Source: an uncultured Actinomycetota bacterium (GTDB lineage: Bacteria; Actinomycetota; Actinomycetes; JAFAQI01). Taken from it: DNA of 64,000 nt. Location of the stretch: contig CAVYQE010000011.1 in the NCBI GenBank assembly GCA_963770565.1, positions 768,001-832,000 of the forward strand, read 5' to 3'. The notes under the pieces were generated by a model. The model was given only the letters and a program-made list of their open reading frames with translations. It made no database searches and was not told where the DNA came from. Positions 57,932 to 64,000 of the stretch are shown here, one piece after another (position 1 is the stretch's first letter; the number at the start of each line of letters is the position of its first letter). Made by a program: the position numbers and the translations under genes.

Positions 57932-58714
57932 TCATCTGATTGCGCGGGCGCGGTCGCGGGCCTTGATCGCGACCGCCACGTCGTTGCTCTCGACCGCATC
58001 GACGCCGATGTCGAAGAGCCGATCGATCACGTCGACGTCGTCGGCAACCCAGGTAGCAACAAACAGCCCATGCCTGTGGGCGCGTTCGACGACGCGGGCG
58101 CCATCGGAAAGGATCGTCTCGACGTCGGGCAGTACGAACGGATGACCGTTTCGGACGCATGCGTCAATCGCGGCTCCGAGACCCTCATGACCCTCGCACT
58201 CGAGGCCGGTCGCGATCTCGGGCGCCGCGCGTCGGAGCTGGTCCAGGGTCGGCAGCTCGAAGCAGCTGACCAGAGCCGCGTCGAAGCCGATTTCGGTGAG
58301 CAGTTGCGCGACAGTCGCGGCGGCCACAGGACCCAAGCCGTGGGTGCCTGGCTCGTCGGCGAGATGCTTGATCTCGAGCTCGACCGCACACCTGCTCGCC
58401 ACCGTGTCGAGGACATCGGAGAGCATGGCGACGTCGGCAAGCGCGGGCTGCGCACGAATGTCGCGCAGCGTCATGTCGCTGACCAGCACCGACTTCCCCG
58501 AACACAGCGTGACCGTCGGGTCGTGGATGACCACTGGCACACAGTCGGCAGTGAGCCGGACGTCCATCTCGAGCATGTCCGCGCCCATCTCGACCGCGGC
58601 TTCGAATGCCGCCAGCGTGTTCTCCGGATACCCCACCGACGCGCCACGGTGGGCGATCACGGCCGGGATGACGAGCCCGGCGACCGGCATGTTCCCCCGC
58701 GCGCCGCCCGACAC
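57932..58714 (-). CDS. Glycerophosphodiester phosphodiesterase family
   Basis: IAHRG, PENTLAAF, EMDV, HD, EIK; start uncertain. Confidence 0.88.
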   Translation of the reverse strand: MSGGARGNMPVAGLVIPAVIAHRGASVGYPENTLAAFEAAVEMGADMLEMDVRLTADCVPVVIHDPTVTLCSGKSVLVSDMTLRDIRAQPALADVAMLSDVLDTVASRCAVELEIKHLADEPGTHGLGPVAAATVAQLLTEIGFDAALVSCFELPTLDQLRRAAPEIATGLECEGHEGLGAAIDACVRNGHPFVLPDVETILSDGARVVERAHRHGLFVATWVADDVDVIDRLFDIGVDAVESNDVAVAIKARDRARAIR

Positions 58715-58715
58715 C

Positions 58716-59783
58716 TCAGCTTCCTGCCATGACGCGGATCGCAGCCGGGTCGATGTCGAGCGTGACCTGAGTTCCTTCGGCCAGCCCCAGCACCCGGGTG
58801 CTCGCGACGTCGGCGAGCAGATCGCCCGCCGGCGTCGCGACCCGTAGCCGGGTGACCGCACCAAGAAATGTTCGGCCCAGGATGCATCCGGACAGAATGT
58901 TTACCCCAGCCTCGGACGGCGCCGGCGCCGGATCGACGTTGATGCCCTCCGGCCGGATGAGCGCGATGATCTCCTGGCCGTGAGGTGCGGTGAGGTCGTT
59001 GACGGTCAGCCGGGCGGGACTGTCGGTGATCAGGATCTCGCCACTGTGACCGACTGTGCCGGACAAGCGGTTCACGGTGCCGACGAACTCTGCGACGAAA
59101 AGGTTGCTTGGGTCGTGGTAGATGTCCGCAGGTCGCCCGACCTGCTGAAGCCGCCCGCCGGACATGACCGCGACCCGATCTGAGATCGAGAACGCCTCCT
59201 CCTGGTCGTGGGTGACGTACACGGTGGTGATTCCCAGACTCGACTGGATGCGGCGGATCTCCTCGCGCACATGCACGCGTACCTTCGCGTCCAGCGCGGA
59301 CAATGGCTCGTCGAGCAGGAGCATCGCCGGCTCGAAGGCCAGGGCGCGCGCCAGTGCTACCCGCTGCTGCTCACCGCCGGACAGCTGGTGCGGGTACCGG
59401 TCTGCGCGGGCGCTGAGCCGCACTAGCTCGAGCAGCTCGTTGGCCTTGGCCGAGCGCTTGGCGCCCGGCTCTCGGCGCACCTTCAGGCCGAACTCGACGT
59501 TTTCGCGCGCTGTCATCGTCGGGAAGAGGCTGTATGCCTGGAAGACCATGCCCATGTTGCGCCGGCTGGCGGGGACGTCGTTCACGCACTCGCCGTCGAG
59601 GACGATCTCGCCCTCGTCGGCCTGCTCGAAGCCGGCGATGATTCGCAGGGCCGTCGTTTTGCCGCATCCGCTCGGCCCGAGCAGCGACAGCAGTTCACCG
59701 GGGTGAACCTCGAGGTCGAGCGAGTCGAGCGCCTGAGCGTCACGGAACCGCTTGGACAGCCCCTGGACCTCCAGGTGGGTCAC
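58716..59783 (-). CDS. ABC ATP-binding protein (PotA-like, TOBE)
   Basis: GPSGCGKT, LSGGEQQR, LLDEP, VTHDQEEA. Confidence 0.93.
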   Translation of the reverse strand: MTHLEVQGLSKRFRDAQALDSLDLEVHPGELLSLLGPSGCGKTTALRIIAGFEQADEGEIVLDGECVNDVPASRRNMGMVFQAYSLFPTMTARENVEFGLKVRREPGAKRSAKANELLELVRLSARADRYPHQLSGGEQQRVALARALAFEPAMLLLDEPLSALDAKVRVHVREEIRRIQSSLGITTVYVTHDQEEAFSISDRVAVMSGGRLQQVGRPADIYHDPSNLFVAEFVGTVNRLSGTVGHSGEILITDSPARLTVNDLTAPHGQEIIALIRPEGINVDPAPAPSEAGVNILSGCILGRTFLGAVTRLRVATPAGDLLADVASTRVLGLAEGTQVTLDIDPAAIRVMAGS

Positions 59784-59816
59784 GTCTCGCCCCTCAATCT
59801 GATCAGGTGCATTCGG

Positions 59817-60614
59817 CTAGTGGGCAAACGCCACCGGGCGTCGCCCGACACTGCGGTGGGTGAGCAGGAACAGGGCGAGCATTGCCAACCAGGTGAGAAG
59901 GAAGCTGAGTACGGCGAGTGCCGCGGAGGCGTACGCCTCGGTGACGCCGATGTGCTGCATATACACCGGGAAGGTGTTGAACAGAAGAAGGCTCGAGATC
60001 GTGTACTCACCGAGCACGACGGCGACGGTGAGTAATGTCGAGGCCAGAACCGCCGTGCGGAGATTCGGCAGGATGACATGCCACAGGGTCTGCCACCAAG
60101 ACGCGCCGACGCTGTGCGCCGCATCGGTCAGCGTGCGGATGTCCACTGCCAGCAGCCCTGCGTCCAGCGACCGGTAGGTGAACGGCAACGCCAGGATGAC
60201 ATAGGCGAATGCGAGCAGCTGAGTGCTCGAGATGATGACCGGCACACCCTGGAACAACCCTACGAAGCCGACCGCGAGCGCGATCGGCGGAACCACGAAC
60301 GGCAGGATCGAGATGAACTCCATCACTGGCCGCAGCGCCGGCAACCGGGTATGGACCCAATAGACCGTAGGCACCATCAGCACCAAGCCGAGCGCCGCGG
60401 TCTCGATGGCCAGGCGAAGCGACAGCGAGAAGCTGCTCCAAAAGTTGTGGTCATGCAGGATCGTGCTGTACCAGTGCAGGCCGTACTGGTGCGGCCCGAC
60501 ATCGAGGCTGAACTGTGCGGTCGAGATCAGCGGGACGAGCAGATACACCGCCGCCATCGTCAGCCAGAACCACGCCCAGACGCGGCGGCGGCGAAGCCCG
60601 CCTACCGCAGCCAT
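59817..60614 (-). CDS. ABC permease
   Basis: DAAHSVGAS EAA-like loop, six TM helices; ATG at 60614. Confidence 0.88.
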   Translation of the reverse strand: MAAVGGLRRRRVWAWFWLTMAAVYLLVPLISTAQFSLDVGPHQYGLHWYSTILHDHNFWSSFSLSLRLAIETAALGLVLMVPTVYWVHTRLPALRPVMEFISILPFVVPPIALAVGFVGLFQGVPVIISSTQLLAFAYVILALPFTYRSLDAGLLAVDIRTLTDAAHSVGASWWQTLWHVILPNLRTAVLASTLLTVAVVLGEYTISSLLLFNTFPVYMQHIGVTEAYASAALAVLSFLLTWLAMLALFLLTHRSVGRRPVAFAH

Positions 60615-61549
60615 CGCATCGCCTTGCGTTGCAACAACGCGTAGATCACGACCGCCACCCCAATGACGACGATCATCCCGAAGGCAAGCGCATCGCCAAG
60701 CTGGGGATTTGACGCGACATCGCCATTGACCACCTCGCCGATCAGGATCGGCACCAGATTGATGTAGCCGCTGCTGAGGGCGTATGGCGTGGCATACGCG
60801 CTGAAGGCGTTGCCGAACAGCAGCACGACCGCACCCAGCAGCGACGGCCACAGCACCGGCAGGCCCACCATCCGCCAGTACTGTGCTGGCGAGGCGCCAA
60901 GGTTGACCGCGGCCTCGCGCCACTCCTCGCGGATGTTGTCGATCGCCGGTGCGATGATCAGCACCATCAGCGGGAACTGGAAATACAGGTAGGTCAGCGA
61001 GAGCCCGAGCGTGCCGTAGATCGTGAAGCCCGAGCTGTAAAGGTGCACCCCCAGATGCGACAACAGTGAGGTGACGGCCCCGGTTGTCCCGAGGGTGGCG
61101 ATGAAGGCGAAAGCAAGCGGCACGCCCGCGAAGTTCGACGCGACCCCGGAAAACGTGGTGACGATCGGGCGGAAGAAGTTCGGCAGTCCGCCGCGCAGCG
61201 CCGCCTGTGCCACGAACAGCCCGAACAGCCCACCGAGCACCGCAGTGATCAGGCTGATCTTGATCGTCTGCTTGAAGGCGTCCAGGTCCTGCGACTGAAC
61301 CAGTTGATGGACATTGCCAAGCGTGAACGCGCCGGAGGCGGTCCGGAACGCCTGCACGACAATCTCGCCGGTTGGGATGAACAGGAAGATCGTCGCGAAG
61401 GCGAAGAACGGCAGCACCGGAAGCCACCGGCCGATCGTGCGGAGCGCAACTCTCCGGCGGCGTCGCAGACTCGACCGGCGTGGCCGCTCAGCCGGTCGTT
61501 GGGTTGCATCGGCTATTGCATCGACGGTGTCGATGCGATCGTCGACCAC
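60602..61549 (-). CDS. ABC permease
   Basis: EAAVNLGAS loop, NFAGVPLAFAF. Confidence 0.9.
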   Translation of the reverse strand: MVDDRIDTVDAIADATQRPAERPRRSSLRRRRRVALRTIGRWLPVLPFFAFATIFLFIPTGEIVVQAFRTASGAFTLGNVHQLVQSQDLDAFKQTIKISLITAVLGGLFGLFVAQAALRGGLPNFFRPIVTTFSGVASNFAGVPLAFAFIATLGTTGAVTSLLSHLGVHLYSSGFTIYGTLGLSLTYLYFQFPLMVLIIAPAIDNIREEWREAAVNLGASPAQYWRMVGLPVLWPSLLGAVVLLFGNAFSAYATPYALSSGYINLVPILIGEVVNGDVASNPQLGDALAFGMIVVIGVAVVIYALLQRKAMRWLR

Positions 61550-61555
61550 CTCGCG

Positions 61556-62743
61556 TCACCCTCCGACGACCTTGGGACCCCACTGTTCGTTCAGGACCTT
61601 ATCCGCCGCGTTCGTCTGTGCGACCGTCGGAAACTGCACGGTGGCATAGGAGGCTGCGGGTGGCAGCAGGGCCGTCAGCGACGCCGGTACCTTGTTTCGC
61701 GCGACGAGGTCCTTGTATCGGGCGGGGTGGGAGTAACCACCGATGTAGGTGAGCTGGCCCTGGTCCGAGAACAGATATTCCAGCCACAACCGCGCGTTGT
61801 AGGGGTTGGCGGCGTACGCGCTGACCCCATCGCAGTAGAAGTTGCCGAACACCCCCGATGCCGGGATGACCACCTCGAACGTCGGATTGCCTTTGAACTC
61901 CTGCTTGAACGCAAGGTTCTCGTAGTCCCACTGAACCGCGATCGGGGTTGCCCCCTTGGCGATCGTGGACGAGGAGACCCCGGCCGGGATGTAGTTGCCG
62001 AGCTTCTTGAGCTTTGCGAAGAAGGTGATACCCGGTTCGATGTTGTCGAGCGATCCGCCGTTGGCCAGCGCGGCACCCATCACGGCGCCAAACGCGTCGC
62101 CTGCGGACCGCGGGTCGCCGTCGAGCGCGATCATTCCCTTGTAGGCGGGGTTGGTGAGGTCCGACCAGTCCTGCGGCGGGTGCTTGACGACGTTGGTGTT
62201 GGTTCCGAACGAGATCGCGCCCCAGTAGGGACCCGCCCAGTGCCCGGCCGGGTCCTTCATCGAGTCCGGGATCGTCGACCAGGTCGACACCTTATACGGC
62301 GAGAGCAGGCTCTGCTGCTGGCCGACGAGCGCGAAGCTCGGAGAGACATCGAAGCTGTCGGGTGCCCGGCCCTGGCCCTTCAGAGTCTTGATCGCTTGGA
62401 TCTCCTCAGCGGAACTGTCCTCCTGACCCTCGCTTTTGACCGAGATCCCGTACTTCGTACTGTAGGTGGTGATTTGTTTGCCGTAGTTCGCCCAGTCCGC
62501 CGGCTCACCGACGACATTCAGATGGCCTTCCGCCTTCGCCTTGGTGACCAGCTGATCCATCCCGCCACTGAACTGCGACAGCGAGGTGGGCAGACCGGTC
62601 GAGGTCTTCTTTGCCGAGCTGCCGCAACCGCCGAGAGCGCCAGCGACGCTGCTGAACCCGACTACCCCGACCGCACCGATTCCTGCGCGCCGCAGCAGCT
62701 CACGCCGTGACAAGTCGCGCGCCAGCATCGCCTCGTGGAGCAC
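61556..62743 (-). CDS. ABC substrate-binding Tat lipoprotein
   Basis: SRRELL, LGGC lipobox, AKAEG, DWANY, SSAEEI; GTG at 62743 with GGAGG RBS. Confidence 0.88.
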   Translation of the reverse strand: MLHEAMLARDLSRRELLRRAGIGAVGVVGFSSVAGALGGCGSSAKKTSTGLPTSLSQFSGGMDQLVTKAKAEGHLNVVGEPADWANYGKQITTYSTKYGISVKSEGQEDSSAEEIQAIKTLKGQGRAPDSFDVSPSFALVGQQQSLLSPYKVSTWSTIPDSMKDPAGHWAGPYWGAISFGTNTNVVKHPPQDWSDLTNPAYKGMIALDGDPRSAGDAFGAVMGAALANGGSLDNIEPGITFFAKLKKLGNYIPAGVSSSTIAKGATPIAVQWDYENLAFKQEFKGNPTFEVVIPASGVFGNFYCDGVSAYAANPYNARLWLEYLFSDQGQLTYIGGYSHPARYKDLVARNKVPASLTALLPPAASYATVQFPTVAQTNAADKVLNEQWGPKVVGG

Positions 62744-62987
62744 GTTTCCCTCCCTGGGTAGGAGCACCCGCGATCGGTCGTCGCCCGTGGCGCGAACCGC
62801 GCCTCGGCTGCGAGTCGTCCGACCTTTGGTGTCGCGGTTACGTATATAACGTCAGTCCGCTATGGTCAATGACTTCCGGGTATCAGACTTGTGGCGACCC
62901 TCACGGGCTCGACTGCCGCCGCGCAGATGCGCTACGTTCCACCGTGTCGTCGCTGCCTGAAGGGGAAGATTGGTCTGACAGATGGGC

Positions 62988-63749
62988 ATGACTGAGCCAG
63001 ACGACTCGCGTCGGCCGCGGCTGCGGTCGGTCTCGGTCCGCGACGAGTTGTCGCAGCGCATCGAGGCGGGACAGCTGCCGCCGGGCGCAAAGTTGCCCGC
63101 CGAGACCGAGCTCGCCTTGGAGTTCGGCGTCTCGCGCGCCACCCTGCGGGACGCGCTGCGCAGTCTCGAGGCCGAGGGCCTGGTCCGCCGGATGCAAGGC
63201 TCCGGCACCTTCGTCACCCAGCGGTCGCGGGTCGCCAACAGCCTCGACGTGAACTTCGGTGTGACCGAGGCGATCTCCGCCGCCGGCATGATCGCCGGCA
63301 TCGCGGAGGGGCGGTCTTGGTCAGAACCCGCAGGGGCCAGCGAGGCCGAGCGCCTCGGGCTCGACCCGGCCGAGGACGTCTACATCATCGAGCGGGTGCG
63401 GACCGCCGACGGTAAGCCGGTCGTGCTGTCGCGCGACGTGCTACCCGGCCACCTCGTCAACGACCGGCCCGACGTCATCGAGGCCATGCTGCACGGGTCG
63501 GTCTACGAGGTGATCGAGCGCGAGCTCGGCACCGCCGTCCAGCACGGCATCGCCCGCTTCCGCCCCGTGCAAGCCGACCGCAGTCTCGCCGAACGGCTGA
63601 AGGTCGACCGTGGCGCGCTGCTGCTCTACCTGTGGCAGCTCGACTACGGCGACAGCGGCGACCCGATCCTGTCCTCGCACGAATACCACCTCGCCGACGC
63701 GTTCGACTTCTCGGTCGTACGACGCGGACCAGGAAGGAGGCTGCCGTGA
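62988..63749 (+). CDS. GntR/HutC-family regulator (UTRA)
   Basis: LPAETELALEFGVSRATLRDAL, GSGTFV, IERVRTADGKP. Confidence 0.92.
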   Translation: MTEPDDSRRPRLRSVSVRDELSQRIEAGQLPPGAKLPAETELALEFGVSRATLRDALRSLEAEGLVRRMQGSGTFVTQRSRVANSLDVNFGVTEAISAAGMIAGIAEGRSWSEPAGASEAERLGLDPAEDVYIIERVRTADGKPVVLSRDVLPGHLVNDRPDVIEAMLHGSVYEVIERELGTAVQHGIARFRPVQADRSLAERLKVDRGALLLYLWQLDYGDSGDPILSSHEYHLADAFDFSVVRRGPGRRLP

Positions 63750-64000
63750 GCGCAGCAATCGGCAAGAAGATGCGGCTGAAGCGGGTCATCGACCCGCACG
63801 GCGTCTCCGTGATCTGTGCGCTGGATCACGGGATGACCTCACCGGTGTTCCTCGACCCGCTCGCGGACATCGAGGCTCGCGCCCGCGAGACGATTGCCGG
63901 CGGAGCCAACGTGATCATGATGAGCAAGGGCATGATCCACCAGGCCTACCCGGCCTTCTCCCCGACCACGTCGCTCGCGCTTCTGCTCTCGGCATCCGCC
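63746..64000 (+). CDS. Class I aldolase (DhnA/LsrF-like), 3'-truncated by window edge
   Basis: GTG at 63746 with GGAGG RBS: GKKMRLKRVI..SVICALDHG..GANVIMMSKG (not in the ORF track). Confidence 0.8.
   Translation, partial: MSAAIGKKMRLKRVIDPHGVSVICALDHGMTSPVFLDPLADIEARARETIAGGANVIMMSKGMIHQAYPAFSPTTSLALLLSASA

Noticed and set aside
61304-62710. Long antisense or alternate-frame ORFs (also 3551..4828, 13590..14624, 48930..50261)
   Set aside because: Shadow ORFs of well-supported genes in high-GC DNA, with no motifs.
1-64000. tRNA or rRNA genes as integration targets
   Set aside because: No cloverleaf or rRNA signature was recognised by eye.

Overview
High-GC DNA of actinobacterial character. 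Two large-scale structures stand out. (1) From ~7.1 to ~45.2 kb a composite non-coding site recurs seven times in the same orientation (three near-complete copies, four degenerate or partial). It consists of an 11-bp-period GGTTGCTC pair, then ~210 bp later a core TTAGATGTCGTAA, then ~75 bp later a second GGTTGCTC pair. On the minus strand the core reads as codons ALYYDI-stop, like the 3' end of type I glnA. These att-like junctions split the region into 5-13 kb cargo modules: xylose catabolism, toxin-antitoxin plus primase-helicase defence genes, a Fic-sulfotransferase fusion, and large secreted proteins with an IS1380. Only a broken tyrosine integrase remains, so this looks like a tandem accretion array of integrative elements. 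(2) From ~46.4 to ~57.7 kb lies a fluoride-response island with three crcB-type fluoride riboswitch candidates. They precede a six-subunit hydrogenase-4-like (Ehr) membrane complex plus DUF190, a universal stress protein and an unknown small ORF, with an extra enolase alongside. The complex has lost both its NiFe ligands and the FeS cysteines of its small subunit, and no Fluc/CLC exporter is visible. The flanks carry a LuxR-ATPase regulator with secreted proteins (left) and an ABC transporter, GDPD, GntR and aldolase locus (right). All calls are by eye; no database searches were run.
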